Shown here piece by piece: positions 29,771 through 39,597 of a stretch of DNA of 64,000 nucleotides (within the stretch, counting starts at the first letter, position 1; each line of letters starts with the position of its first letter). Both the position numbers and the translations under genes were made by a program. The stretch spans positions 96,001 through 160,000 of the forward strand of contig CAWKHF010000002.1 in the NCBI GenBank assembly GCA_963849325.1, in the 5' to 3' direction. The stretch is from an uncultured Planctomycetota bacterium. Lineage in GTDB: Bacteria > Planctomycetota > Planctomycetia > Gemmatales > Gemmataceae. The notes below the pieces were generated by a model. It saw only the letters and a program-made list of their open reading frames with translations, made no database searches and was not told the origin of the DNA.

Positions 29771-29999
29771 ATGAAGCCGGCTGAATTTCGCGGCCAGAGC
29801 GACGAACACCTGGCCCTGACGCTCAAGGAAACCGTCAAGAACCTGTTCCACCTGCGTTTCCAGTCGGCCACCGAACGCCTGGAGACGCCCAGCGAAATCC
29901 GCAAGGCGCAAGCAAGACGTCGCCCGCATCAAGACCATCCAGCGCGAACGCGAGTTGGCCGCCCAGAAGACCGCCGAGGGAGCGAAGAGCAATGGCTGA
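29771..29999 (+). CDS. rpmC: 50S ribosomal protein L29; frameshift near 29908
   Basis: [21 protein letters not shown], then [15 protein letters not shown] in another frame. Confidence 0.9.
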
Positions 30000-30324
30000 G
30001 GCAAGCAGCAGCGAACCACGAGGCAAGCGGCGCGTTGAAGTTGGCGTCGTCACCAGCGATAAGATGAGCAAAACTCGTCGCGTCGAGATCCCGCGCCTGG
30101 TCAAGCATCCGCGTTACGGCAAATACATTCGCCGCCGCACCGTCTGCCACGTCCACGACGAAAGCAACGAGTCGCGCCTGGGCGACACGGTCGAGATCAT
30201 GGAGACGCGGCCGCTGTCCAAGACCAAGAACTGGCGGCTGGTGCGCGTCGTGACCAAGGCGCCGGCGCTGCCGTCGCATCACCCAGAGCAGACCCCGGCG
30301 CCCGAGCCGGCGACGACGGGTTGA
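29992..30324 (+). CDS. rpsQ: 30S ribosomal protein S17
   Basis: [31 protein letters not shown]. Confidence 0.97.
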   Translation: MAEASSSEPRGKRRVEVGVVTSDKMSKTRRVEIPRLVKHPRYGKYIRRRTVCHVHDESNESRLGDTVEIMETRPLSKTKNWRLVRVVTKAPALPSHHPEQTPAPEPATTG

Positions 30325-30405
30325 TGAGCATTTACGTGTGATTGCCGCCCGTCGCTGGCGCTTCGGGCTGGGGTAGGTGGTGAATGAGAAGGATCGGATC
30401 GCGTC

Positions 30406-30774
30406 ATGATTCAGATGTATACGTACCTGGACGTCGCCGACAACACCGGCGCCAAGGAATGCATGTGCATCAAGGTGCTGGGCGGCACGCGGCGGCGCTA
30501 TGCCGGCCTGGGCGACGTCATCATCGCCAGCGTCAAGAAGGCCAACCCCGGTGGTGAGGTCAAGCCCGGCGACGTGGTGCGCGGCGTGGTCGTGCGCTGC
30601 AAGAAGGCGACGCGGCGCGCCGACGGCAGTTACGTCCGCTTCGACCGCAACGCCATGGTCATCATCGACGCCGAGGAGAACCCGCGCGGCACGCGCATCT
30701 TCGGCGCCGTGGCCCGCGAGCTGCGCGAGAGCGGTTTTGTCCGCATCGTCAACCTGGCGGCCGAGGTCGTTTAG
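30406..30774 (+). CDS. rplN: 50S ribosomal protein L14
   Basis: MIQ...[25 protein letters not shown]. Confidence 0.98.
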   Translation: MIQMYTYLDVADNTGAKECMCIKVLGGTRRRYAGLGDVIIASVKKANPGGEVKPGDVVRGVVVRCKKATRRADGSYVRFDRNAMVIIDAEENPRGTRIFGAVARELRESGFVRIVNLAAEVV

Positions 30775-30825
30775 CCGCGACTGCGCAGCGGAGCGCGCGC
30801 TCCGCTAAACAAGAGAGGCTTGCTC

Positions 30826-31182
30826 ATGCATGTTCGCAAAGACGACTTGGTGGAAGTGATCGCGGGGGACGATGCCGAGAAGGGTCGGGCGCATCGGGTG
30901 CTGCGCGTCTTCCCCGAGGCCAACAAGGTCGTGGTGGAAGGCGTCAACCGCGTGTACAAGCACGTCAAGCCCAACCGCCGCAATCCGCAGGGAGGCCGGC
31001 TGTCCAAGGAGATGCCGATCTCGGTCTCCAACGTGCTGCTGTTCTGTCAGCACTGTCGTCGCGGCGTTCGTACCGGCCGGCGCTACGCCGCCGACGGCCA
31101 CAAGGAACGCTACTGCAAGAAGTGCGGCGCTGGCCTGGGCGTCCTCAGCAAGCCCAACCCGAAGTACGCCAAGAAATCGTAA
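30826..31182 (+). CDS. rplX: 50S ribosomal protein L24
   Basis: HVRKDDLVEVIAG, VVVEGVN..YKHVKP, E.PISVSNV, CxxC..CxxC. Confidence 0.96.
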   Translation: MHVRKDDLVEVIAGDDAEKGRAHRVLRVFPEANKVVVEGVNRVYKHVKPNRRNPQGGRLSKEMPISVSNVLLFCQHCRRGVRTGRRYAADGHKERYCKKCGAGLGVLSKPNPKYAKKS

Positions 31183-31231
31183 GCATCGAGATTGCTCGGT
31201 TGCGAAGTCCTATTGTGAGACGAGACGTGTC

Positions 31232-31774
31232 ATGGCCCGCTTGCTGGATCGCTATCAGAAAGAAATCGTCGCCCACCTGAAGACCAAGTTGGGACGCGAG
31301 AACCTGCTCAGCCTGCCGCGCTTGCAGAAGATCGTCGTCAACATGGGCGTCGGCAAGGCGCTGCAGGACAAGAACCGCATGGAGCAGGCCGCCGAGCAGT
31401 TGTCGCAGATCACGGGGCAGAAGGCGCAGGTTCGCAAGGCCAAGAAGGCGGTCAGCGGCTTCCGTCTCCGCGAAGGCAACGAGATCGGCTGCCGCGTGAC
31501 ACTGCGTGGGCGGCGCATGTACGAGTTCCTCGACCGCCTCATCAGCATCGCCCTGCCGCGTATCCGCGATTTCCGCGGCGTCAATCCGCGCAGCTTCGAC
31601 GGCCACGGCAACTACAGCCTGGGCCTGAGCGAGCAGCAGGTGTTCCCCGAGATCGATCCCGACAAGATGACGTTCGTGCAAGGCATGGACGTGACGTTCG
31701 TCACCAGCACCAACAACGACGACGAGGCCCGCGAACTACTGCGGGCCTTTGGCATGCCGTTCCGCGAAGCGTAA
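31232..31774 (+). CDS. rplE: 50S ribosomal protein L5
   Basis: PRLQKIVVNMGVG, LPRIRDFRG, FDGHGNYSLG. Confidence 0.98.
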   Translation: MARLLDRYQKEIVAHLKTKLGRENLLSLPRLQKIVVNMGVGKALQDKNRMEQAAEQLSQITGQKAQVRKAKKAVSGFRLREGNEIGCRVTLRGRRMYEFLDRLISIALPRIRDFRGVNPRSFDGHGNYSLGLSEQQVFPEIDPDKMTFVQGMDVTFVTSTNNDDEARELLRAFGMPFREA

Positions 31775-31778
31775 CCAA

Positions 31779-31849
31779 AGTTCGGAGTTCTGAGTTCTGA
31801 GTGAAAACAAAACTCAGAACTCAGAACTCAGAACTCCGAACTCAGAACT
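31779..31849. repeat. Heptamer hairpin element (AGTTCTG)n ... (CAGAACT)n
   Basis: Inverted tandems around gtgaaaacaaaa; same unit at 33504, 38747 and 48777. Confidence 0.92.
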
Positions 31850-31858
31850 GAGTGAAAT

Positions 31859-32096
31859 ATGTCGACCACCGCTGCAATTCGTCAAATTCAAGAAGCAGAT
31901 GGCGAAGCTGAGTGCCAGCCGAAAGCCGGATGCGAAGGTCAAGATGCCGCCGCGCGAGCGCATCCGCATTCGTCTGCGCTGCAAGCTGTGCGGCCGGCCG
32001 CGGGCCGTGTATCGTAAGTTCGGCATCTGCCGCATCTGTTTCCGCAACATGGCCAGCGATGGCCTGATTCCGGGCGTCAAGAAAGCCAGCTGGTGA
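31859..32096 (+). CDS. rpsZ: 30S ribosomal protein S14, Zn-binding type Z; start uncertain, probable frameshift near 31875
   Basis: [37 protein letters not shown]. Confidence 0.92.
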
Positions 32097-32109
32097 GGGC
32101 ACACGGAAC

Positions 32110-32556
32110 ATGATGACTGATTCGTTAGCGGACATGCTGACCCGCCTCCGCAACGCCAACCGCATCGAGCGCTCGGCCGTGGACATCCCGGCCAACAAGC
32201 TCAAGATCGCCGTCGCTCAGGTGCTCAAGGAAGAAGGCTTCATCCTGGATTACCAGGTTGGCCGAATGCAGACCGACGAGCAGGGCAAGAAGGCGTTCCA
32301 GCAGGACCGTGACCTGAGCAAGCCGCACGCTCTGCTGCGCGTGTTCATGAATTACGGGCCGGAGGGCGAGCGCGTCATCCGGCACATCGACCGCGCCAGC
32401 CGTCCGGGCCGGCGCCTGTATCGCCGCTCCGATCAGCTCAAGCCCGTGCTCGACGGCCTGGGCATCGGCGTCATCAGCACCAGCAAGGGCGTCATGAGCG
32501 ATCGCAAGGCCCGCGCCCAGCGCCTGGGCGGCGAACTGCTGTGTACGGTGTGGTAG
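32110..32556 (+). CDS. rpsH: 30S ribosomal protein S8 with internal insertion
   Basis: [34 protein letters not shown]...GGE. Confidence 0.96.
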   Translation: MMTDSLADMLTRLRNANRIERSAVDIPANKLKIAVAQVLKEEGFILDYQVGRMQTDEQGKKAFQQDRDLSKPHALLRVFMNYGPEGERVIRHIDRASRPGRRLYRRSDQLKPVLDGLGIGVISTSKGVMSDRKARAQRLGGELLCTVW

Positions 32557-32569
32557 GGAGGGCGTATCC

Positions 32570-33124
32570 ATGTCTCGAATCGGCAAACAACCCGTGGCCA
32601 TTCCCGCCGGCGTCAAGGTCCAGGTCGCCGACGGCAAGATCCACGTCGAGGGGCCCAAGGGGCAGAAGCTCGAGTTCCCCTATCATCGGCTCATCAAGGT
32701 CGAGTTGGACCAGGGAGGCAAAGCCGTCGTCGTCACACGGCCCGACGACGAGCGCTTCAGCCGGGCGCTGCACGGCCTGACGCGCAGCCTGATCGCCAAC
32801 ATGATCGAGGGCGTGACCAAGGGCTACATGAAGCGCCTCAAGATCGAGGGCATCGGCTACCAGGCGACGGCCAAGAACAAGGGCGTCGAACTGACGGTCG
32901 GTTACGCCAACCGCGTCCTGATGGTGCCCCCGGACGGCGTGACGGTCGAGGTGCCCGACCAGACGACCATCATCGTCAAGGGCGCCGACAAGCAGAAGGT
33001 CGGCCAGTTCGCCGCCGAGGTGCGGCACGTTCGGCCGCCGGAACCGTACAAGGGCAAGGGCATCCGCTACGAGAACGAACAGGTCCGCCGCAAGGAAGGC
33101 AAGTCCTTCACCAGCGGCGGCTGA
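32570..33124 (+). CDS. rplF: 50S ribosomal protein L6
   Basis: [19 protein letters not shown]. Confidence 0.98.
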   Translation: MSRIGKQPVAIPAGVKVQVADGKIHVEGPKGQKLEFPYHRLIKVELDQGGKAVVVTRPDDERFSRALHGLTRSLIANMIEGVTKGYMKRLKIEGIGYQATAKNKGVELTVGYANRVLMVPPDGVTVEVPDQTTIIVKGADKQKVGQFAAEVRHVRPPEPYKGKGIRYENEQVRRKEGKSFTSGG

Positions 33125-33135
33125 GCGAGGCGACC

Positions 33136-33504
33136 ATGAATGCACAGAAGCTCAAACAAGTGCGGCGACTGCGGCGACGCAATCACGTTCGCCGCCGCAT
33201 CGTCGGCACGGTCGAACGGCCGCGCCTGTCGGTCTTTCGCAGCTCCAAGCACATTTACGCCCAGCTGATCGACGACCTCAACGGCCGTACCCTGGCCGCC
33301 GCTTGCAGCCTGTCGCCGGAGGTCCACAAAGACCTGCCTTACGGCGGCAACCTCAAGGCCGCCAAGGCGGTCGGCAAACGATTGGCCGAGGTCGCCAAGG
33401 AGCACGGCATCACCAAGGCCGCCTTCGATCGCGGACACTATCGCTATCATGGCCGCGTCAAGGCGCTGGCCGACGCGGCCCGCGAAGGCGGATTGCAATT
33501 TTAA
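33136..33504 (+). CDS. rplR: 50S ribosomal protein L18
   Basis: [41 protein letters not shown]. Confidence 0.98.
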   Translation: MNAQKLKQVRRLRRRNHVRRRIVGTVERPRLSVFRSSKHIYAQLIDDLNGRTLAAACSLSPEVHKDLPYGGNLKAAKAVGKRLAEVAKEHGITKAAFDRGHYRYHGRVKALADAAREGGLQF

Positions 33505-33587
33505 GTTCTGAGTTCTGAGTTCTGAGTTCTGAGTGAAAAAACCTCGGAGCGCAGCACTCAGAACTCAGAACTCGAGAACTCAGAACT
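33504..33587. repeat. Heptamer hairpin element (AGTTCTG)n ... (CAGAACT)n
   Basis: Four tandem units on the left and inverted units on the right, between rplR and rpsE. Confidence 0.92.
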
Positions 33588-33598
33588 GAGAGTGGGAC

Positions 33599-34099
33599 AT
33601 GGCCAGAGATCGTGGAGAAGGACGAGCGGACGGGATGGAAGATCGCGTGGTGAAGATTCGCCGCTGCGCCGCCGTGGTCAAGGGCGGCCGGCGCTTCAGC
33701 TTCAACGCGCTGGTCGTCGTCGGCGACAAGAAGGGCCGCGTCGCGGTCGGCTACGGCAAGGCCAATGAGGTGCCGCCCGCCGTCGAGAAGGCGACCAAGG
33801 ACGCCCAGGAGACGATGAAGCGACAGAAGCGCTTCTCGCTGCGCGGCGACACCATCCCGCACCGCGTCATCGGACGGTTCGGCGGCAGCCGCGTTATCAT
33901 GGTGCCGGCCGGTCCCGGCACCGGCGTCAAGGCCGGACCCGGCGTCCGCGACGTGCTCGAAGTCTGCGGCGTTCACAACATTTTGACCAAGGTACACGGC
34001 AGCAGCAATCCCATCAACCTGGTCAAGGCGACCATCGCCGGCCTGATGCTGCTGCGGACGCGCGAAGAAGTGGCCCGCTTGCGAGGAGTGACTCTGTAA
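33599..34099 (+). CDS. rpsE: 30S ribosomal protein S5
   Basis: VVKGGRRFSFNALVVVGD, GYGKANEVP.A. Confidence 0.98.
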   Translation: MARDRGEGRADGMEDRVVKIRRCAAVVKGGRRFSFNALVVVGDKKGRVAVGYGKANEVPPAVEKATKDAQETMKRQKRFSLRGDTIPHRVIGRFGGSRVIMVPAGPGTGVKAGPGVRDVLEVCGVHNILTKVHGSSNPINLVKATIAGLMLLRTREEVARLRGVTL

Positions 34100-34602
34100 T
34101 GGACCTTAGCCAGGTACACGTTGGCGTTCACAAGCTGCGCAAGAAGAAGCGCGTCGGCCGCGGCGTCGGCAGCGGTCACGGCAAGACCGCCAGCCGCGGC
34201 AGCAAGGGCCAGTGGGCCAGCGCCGGCGCCAAGAAGCCGGCCGTCATGTTCGAGGGCGGACAGATGCAACTGTTCCGCCGCATCCCCAAGCGCGGTTTCA
34301 GCCACGCCACCTGGGACAAGAAGTACCACGTCGTCAACGTCGGCGATCTCGACCGCTTCAACGACGGCGAGACCATCGATGCCGAGGCGCTGCGGAAAAC
34401 TGGGCTAGCCAAGGGACCGGCCGATGGGGTACGAATTCTGGGGACGGGCGAATTGACCAAGAAGCTCACGGTTCGGGCGCACCACTTCTCCAAGTCCGCT
34501 CAGGAGAAGATCGTCGCTCGCGGAGGCACGGCCGAGGTCATTCCGCCGCCCAAGAAGCCGAAACGAAACAAGATGAAGCCGCGGACGAAGAAGGACGCCT
34601 AG
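34099..34602 (+). CDS. rplO: 50S ribosomal protein L15
   Basis: KRVGRG.GSGHGKT, FEGGQM.LFRRIPKRGF. Confidence 0.98.
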   Translation: MDLSQVHVGVHKLRKKKRVGRGVGSGHGKTASRGSKGQWASAGAKKPAVMFEGGQMQLFRRIPKRGFSHATWDKKYHVVNVGDLDRFNDGETIDAEALRKTGLAKGPADGVRILGTGELTKKLTVRAHHFSKSAQEKIVARGGTAEVIPPPKKPKRNKMKPRTKKDA

Positions 34603-34615
34603 AAGGGCCAAACCT

Positions 34616-34699
34616 ATTAACCACAGAGGAACACAGAGGAACACGGATAAATTAATGAATGTTTTCATCCGTGTTTATCCGTGTTCCTCTGTGGTTAAT
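34616..34699. repeat. Inverted tandem 10-mer element (ACACAGAGGA/ACACGGATAA)n
   Basis: attaaccacagaggaacacagaggaacacggataa ... atccgtgtttatccgtgttcctctgtggttaat. Confidence 0.88.
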
Positions 34700-34728
34700 G
34701 TTTGCTGGGCGGCCTCAAGGAGTTGAGC

Positions 34729-36228
34729 ATGAACAAGCAAAATCCCTACCTGATCGGCGCGGCCGCCATCGCCGTCCTGTTTCTTCTCTTATCGCTGATG
34801 ATGAGCTGGCAGCAGGCCGCCGTCGTCACCGCGATCGCCGTGGTCGTGGCCTTCCTGCTCTATCGCGGCAAGGTCAAGGCCATCTTCACCATCCCGGAAC
34901 TGCGGCAAAAGATCCTGCTGACGCTGCTGTTTTTGGCCATCTACCGCATCGGCTTCTCGATCCCGCTGCCCTTCGTCGATCAGCGCAAGATGACGCAGGC
35001 GATGGGCGCCGGCGGCGCCCTGGGCAACGTGCTCAACTTCGTGTCCATGTTCTCCGGCGGCAACCTCAGCCATGCCACCGTGTTCGGCCTGGGCATCATG
35101 CCGTACATCTCCGCGTCGATCATCTTCCAGCTCCTCGGCGCCGTCTATCCGCCGCTGGAGAAATTGCAAAAGGAAGGCGAGAGCGGCCGCAAAAAGATCA
35201 ACGAATACACGCGCTACGCCACCGTCATCATCTGTCTGTTCCAGGCATTCATGTACGTGCAATTCATCATGGGTTCGCCGCAAGCGGGCAAACAGGGCTG
35301 GGGCTTGCCCGAGTACGATTCCTGGCCGGCCTGGTTGACGATGGTCGTGACCATGACGTGCGGCACGATTTTCCTGATGTGGCTGGGCGAGCAGATCGAC
35401 GAATACGGCATCGGCAACGGTATCAGTCTCATCATCATGGCCGGTATCGTGGCCCGCATCCCGGCGGCGACCTCGACGTTGTTCTTCGAGAACGGACACT
35501 TCAAGGATTCGGTGTTCACGCTGGGCGGCGGCGGTGGCGGCGGCCGCGACATGAGCTTCGAGAAGCTGGTGGTGCTGGTCGTGTTGTTCGTCACAGTGGT
35601 CATCGGCGTGGTGGCCATCACCAAGGCGCAGCGGCGCATCAAGACACAGTCGGCCAAGCACGTTCGCGGCCGTCGTGTCTTCGGCGGCACCAGCCAATGG
35701 CTGCCGCTGCGCGTCAATCAGGCCGGCGTCATGCCGGTCATCTTCGCCAGCAGCTTGCTGGTGCTGCCGTTCTTCGTCTTCGGCGCCGTCGCCAACGCCA
35801 CCGACTGGCGCTGGGCCCGCATCCTGCAAGAGACGTTCGAGCGCCAGGGCTACTGGTACACCATCATGTTCATCGCCCTTATCTACGTCTTCTGCTATTT
35901 TTGGACGGCCATTATCTTCAATCCCAAGGACATGGCCAACAACCTGAAGGACTACGGCAGCTTCATCCCCGGTTATCGGCCGGGCAAGCGGACGTCGGAA
36001 TACCTCGAGCGCGTGATGATCCGCATCACCTACGTCGGGGCGGCGTTCCTGGCGGTCATCGCCGTCATTCCGACGCTCATCACCAATACGATGAACGTCG
36101 ATCCCAACGTGGCCAGTTTTTACGGCGGGACCGGCCTGCTGATCGTCATCAGCGTGGCCCTGGACCTGGTGCAGAAGATCAACAGCCACCTGGTCATGCG
36201 CAACTACCCCGGTTTGACCGAGGATTGA
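34729..36228 (+). CDS. secY: Preprotein translocase SecY with N-terminal extension
   Basis: LGIMPYISASIIFQLL, GIGNGISLII, NQAGVMPVIFA, IPGYRPG, GGTGLLIVISV; AAGGAG SD before ATG 34729. Confidence 0.97.
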   Translation: MNKQNPYLIGAAAIAVLFLLLSLMMSWQQAAVVTAIAVVVAFLLYRGKVKAIFTIPELRQKILLTLLFLAIYRIGFSIPLPFVDQRKMTQAMGAGGALGNVLNFVSMFSGGNLSHATVFGLGIMPYISASIIFQLLGAVYPPLEKLQKEGESGRKKINEYTRYATVIICLFQAFMYVQFIMGSPQAGKQGWGLPEYDSWPAWLTMVVTMTCGTIFLMWLGEQIDEYGIGNGISLIIMAGIVARIPAATSTLFFENGHFKDSVFTLGGGGGGGRDMSFEKLVVLVVLFVTVVIGVVAITKAQRRIKTQSAKHVRGRRVFGGTSQWLPLRVNQAGVMPVIFASSLLVLPFFVFGAVANATDWRWARILQETFERQGYWYTIMFIALIYVFCYFWTAIIFNPKDMANNLKDYGSFIPGYRPGKRTSEYLERVMIRITYVGAAFLAVIAVIPTLITNTMNVDPNVASFYGGTGLLIVISVALDLVQKINSHLVMRNYPGLTED

Positions 36229-36252
36229 GCCGCTCGCGGCAGAGGGCCCTTT

Positions 36253-36921
36253 ATGCGTCTCATTCTTCTCGGTCCGCCCGGCTGCGGTAAAGGGACGCAG
36301 GCCAAGCTGCTGTCCCAGCGCGAGGGGATGGAGCACATCGGCACCGGCGACATCCTTCGCCAGGCCATCCGCCAGCAAACGCCGGCCGGCCGCCGGGCAC
36401 ATCCCTTCGTGGAATCCGGGCGCCTCGTCCCCGACGACCTGGTCAACGACGTCGTTGCCGAGCGCTTCAAGCGCGACGACCGCCCCGACCATTTCGTCAT
36501 GGACGGTTATCCTCGCACGCTGGCGCAGGCGGCGGCCTTCGACCAGGTGCTGCGGCAGCAGTTTCTCGACCTGTCGGCCGTCATCCTGCTGCAAGTGGAA
36601 GACGAGGAAATCATCGGCCGGGTCAGCGAGCGCTGGAGTTGTCCCAAGCCGGGCTGCAAGGCGACCTACCATACCGTGAGCAATCCGCCGAAGGTGCTCG
36701 GCGTCTGCGATTACTGCGGCACGCAGCTCGTCCAGCGCGAAGACGATCGGCCGGGGACGGTGCGGGCCCGCCTGGTGGTGTATCATGGCAATACCGAGGC
36801 GCTGGTCGGACACTACCGCGCGCAGAGGTTGTTGCACGAGGTTGCCGGACACGGCCCGATCGAGGAAGTGTACGCGAACATCATCAAGGTTTTGAAGCGC
36901 CAGGCGGGGCCGAAGTGTTAA
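36253..36921 (+). CDS. adk: Adenylate kinase
   Basis: GPPGCGKGTQA, DGYPRT, Zn-lid, QREDD. Confidence 0.97.
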   Translation: MRLILLGPPGCGKGTQAKLLSQREGMEHIGTGDILRQAIRQQTPAGRRAHPFVESGRLVPDDLVNDVVAERFKRDDRPDHFVMDGYPRTLAQAAAFDQVLRQQFLDLSAVILLQVEDEEIIGRVSERWSCPKPGCKATYHTVSNPPKVLGVCDYCGTQLVQREDDRPGTVRARLVVYHGNTEALVGHYRAQRLLHEVAGHGPIEEVYANIIKVLKRQAGPKC

Positions 36922-37725
36922 GGTCGTTTTTCCCTCAGAAGCCGGAACTGAAGTCACCGCGCGAGATTGGCCTGATGCGCGCGGCCGGCAAGATCGTGGC
37001 CGAGGCGCTGCGCCTGTGCCGAGAGTTGGCGAAGCCGGGCGCGAAGACCATCGAGTTGGACCAGGCCGTCGAGGCGCTGTACACCGCGCGGAGCGCTGCC
37101 GCTGTTCAAGGGCTACCCTGGCCGCGTGCCGTTCCCGGCGGTGACGTGCATCTCGGTCAACGAGCAGGTGGTCCACGGTATCCCCGGTCAACGGGTCATC
37201 CGCGATGGCGATCTGCTCAAGATCGACACCGCCTGCAAGCTCAACGGCTGGTGCGCCGACGCGGCGATCACCCTGGCGGTCGGCGAGGTCAGCGCCGAGA
37301 AGCGGCGGTTGGTCGCGGTCGGCGAACAGGTGCTGCGGACGGCGATGGTCGAGATGGGCCGGCGCAAGTGGTGGTCGGAGGTGGCCGGTCAGATGCAGCG
37401 CGTGGCCGAGTCGGCCGGATTCAGCGTGGTGACGCAGTACGTCGGCCACGGCATCGGCCGCGTCATGCACGAGAACCCGCAAGTGCCCAACTTCGTCAAC
37501 CGCGACCTGCGCAAACACGATTTCAAGCTCGACGAAGGGCTGGTGCTGGCCGTCGAGCCGATGGTCAACATGGGCCGCGCCGATACCGATACGCAGCGCG
37601 ATCACTGGACGGTGGTGACTCGCGATGGTCTGCCGAGCGTCCACGTCGAGCATACCCTGGCCGTGACGCGCGACGGCGTGTATGTCGTCACGGCGGACGA
37701 GGAGATGATGGTGCCGCGCGGTTAG
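36915..37725 (+). CDS. map: Type I methionine aminopeptidase; frameshift near 37090
   Basis: LKSPREI..MR.AG, CISVNEQVVHGIP, GHGIGR.MHE.P, AVEPMVN, HVEHT. Confidence 0.93.
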
Positions 37726-37741
37726 CCGCAAGCGGCTCCCC

Positions 37742-37770
37742 TTGCCGCTGGGGCGCGGGATTGCTATAGT
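37742..37770 (+). promoter_or_regulatory. Putative sigma70 promoter for the rpmJ-alpha operon
   Basis: TTGCCG-17nt-TATAGT. Confidence 0.6.
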
Positions 37771-37815
37771 TACGCTTTCCTACTCCGGCATAAGAGTTGC
37801 GGTTGGGAGTTGACC

Positions 37816-37929
37816 ATGAAGGTTCGAGCGAGTGTGAAGCGCATCTGTGAGAACTGCAAGCTGGTGCGGCGGCACGGCAAGCTGCTGGTGATTTGCAGCA
37901 ATCCCCGTCACAAGCAGCGCCAGGGCTGA
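37816..37929 (+). CDS. rpmJ: 50S ribosomal protein L36 (not in the ORF track)
   Basis: Manual translation [37 protein letters not shown]. Confidence 0.97.
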   Translation: MKVRASVKRICENCKLVRRHGKLLVICSNPRHKQRQG

Positions 37930-37944
37930 GCGAGGAGATCCACC

Positions 37945-38331
37945 ATGCCGCGTATCCTGGGTGTTGACCTGCCCAACGACAAGCCGACGCACATCTCGCT
38001 GCGTTACATCTACGGCGTGGGTCCGACGCTGGCCCTGCGCCTGTGCGAGCAGGCGCGCGTCGATCCGCTGCGTCCGGCCAAGAACCTGAGCGATGAAGAC
38101 ATCGCGCGCCTGGCGACCATCTTGGACCGCGAATACACTGTCGAAGGCCCGCTGCGCCGTCAGATTCAGCAAAACATCGCCCGCTTGAAGGACATTCAGT
38201 GCTACCGCGGTTTCCGGCACCGTCGCAGTCTGCCGGTTCGCGGTCAGCGGACGCGCACCAACGCCCGCACCCGCAAGGGGCCGCGCAAGACCGTGGCCGG
38301 CAAGAAGGGCGTCAAGGAAATGCGCGGGTAA
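37945..38331 (+). CDS. rpsM: 30S ribosomal protein S13
   Basis: [36 protein letters not shown]. Confidence 0.98.
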   Translation: MPRILGVDLPNDKPTHISLRYIYGVGPTLALRLCEQARVDPLRPAKNLSDEDIARLATILDREYTVEGPLRRQIQQNIARLKDIQCYRGFRHRRSLPVRGQRTRTNARTRKGPRKTVAGKKGVKEMRG

Positions 38332-38362
38332 CGGAGACCGAGGCACAGGGAGATTCGCATCC

Positions 38363-38743
38363 GTGGCCAAGAGCAAGAAACGCAAGCAGCGTCGCAACGT
38401 CAGCCGGGGCGTGGCCCACATCAAGGCGACGTTCAACAACACCATCGTCACCATCACCGACACCAACGGCGATACCCTGTGCTACGCCTCGGCCGGGACA
38501 GTCGGCTTCAAGGGCAGCCGTAAGAGTACGCCGTTCGCCGCCCAGCGCGCCGCCGAGGTCGCCGCCGAACGGGCGACGAAGTTCGGCCTTAAAGAGGTCG
38601 AGGTTCGCGTCAAGGGTCCGGGTTCGGGCCGCGAGTCGGCCGTCACCGCCTTGCAGGCCGCCGGCCTGAACATCAAGGCCATTGAAGACGTCACGCCGCT
38701 GCCGCACAACGGCTGCCGGCCGCCGAAGAAACGCCGCGTCTAA
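38363..38743 (+). CDS. rpsK: 30S ribosomal protein S11
   Basis: [40 protein letters not shown]. Confidence 0.98.
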   Translation: MAKSKKRKQRRNVSRGVAHIKATFNNTIVTITDTNGDTLCYASAGTVGFKGSRKSTPFAAQRAAEVAAERATKFGLKEVEVRVKGPGSGRESAVTALQAAGLNIKAIEDVTPLPHNGCRPPKKRRV

Positions 38744-38746
38744 AAT

Positions 38747-38850
38747 AAGTTCTGAGTTCTGAGTTCTGAGTTCTGAGTGCAATACCTCAAGGACTTCGTA
38801 CTCCGAACTCAGAACGGAGTGGAATACTCAGAACTCAGAACTCAGAACTT
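38747..38850. repeat. Heptamer hairpin element (AGTTCTG)n ... (CAGAACT)n
   Basis: Fills the rpsK-rpsD spacer. Confidence 0.92.
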
Positions 38851-38853
38851 TCT

Positions 38854-39489
38854 ATGGCACGCACGATTGATCCAGTCTGCAAACTTTGCCGCCGCGAAGG
38901 CATCAAGCTTTTCCTCAAGGGCAGCCGCTGCGAGAGTCCCAAGTGCGCCATCGAACGGCGCAACGTCGCTCCGGGCATGCACGGCTATCGCCGCGGCAAG
39001 CCGAGCGAGTACGGCACCCGCCTGCGCGAGAAACAGAAGCTCAAACGCTTTTACGGACTGCTGGAGCGCCAGTTCCGCCGCTATTTCGAGCTGGCCTCGC
39101 GCTCGACGGAGAACACCGGCGAGGTGCTCTTGACCCTCATGGAACGCCGCCTCGATAATGTGATCCATCGGCTGGGCTTCGCGCCCAACCGAGCGTCGGC
39201 CCGCCAGCTGGTGACGCACGGCCACGTCCAACTCAACGGACGGGCCTGCAACATCCCCAGCCTGCTGGTCAAGGCCGGCGATACCGTGACGATCAAGAGT
39301 CGGCCGCGCAGCCTGCAACTGGTCAAGCTCAACCTGCAAGACAATCCGCCGCCCGCGCCCGATTATCTGCAACGAACCGGCACCGAGCCGCCCGAGGGCC
39401 GCATGAGCCGGCTGCCCACGCGCGGCGACGTCGATCCACGCATCCAGGACATCCGCGAACAATTGATTATTGAGTTCTGCTCCCGATAA
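38854..39489 (+). CDS. rpsD: 30S ribosomal protein S4
   Basis: CKLCRREGIKLFLKG, LREKQKLK..YG, ERRLDNVI.RLG. Confidence 0.98.
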   Translation: MARTIDPVCKLCRREGIKLFLKGSRCESPKCAIERRNVAPGMHGYRRGKPSEYGTRLREKQKLKRFYGLLERQFRRYFELASRSTENTGEVLLTLMERRLDNVIHRLGFAPNRASARQLVTHGHVQLNGRACNIPSLLVKAGDTVTIKSRPRSLQLVKLNLQDNPPPAPDYLQRTGTEPPEGRMSRLPTRGDVDPRIQDIREQLIIEFCSR

Positions 39490-39500
39490 CCGCTGGAAAA

Positions 39501-39581
39501 AGGGGTCAGGGGTCAGGGGTCAGGGGTCAGAGAAAACCGAGCTGTGTTTTTCTGACCCCTGACCCCTGACCCCTGACCCCT
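39501..39581. repeat. Heptamer hairpin element (AGGGGTC)x4 ... (GACCCCT)x4
   Basis: Perfect inverted tandems between rpsD and rpoA. Confidence 0.93.
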
Positions 39582-39597
39582 GTGGAGAAAATGGAAC

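Noticed and set aside
34789-37731. Long antisense and alternative-frame ORFs, e.g. the 980-aa ORF opposite secY-adk-map
   Set aside because: Shadow ORFs typical of high-GC DNA, overlapping well-supported genes
34095-37815. Absence of rpmD (L30) and infA from the spc/alpha region
   Set aside because: Both are often missing or relocated in bacterial lineages, so this is not remarkable on its own
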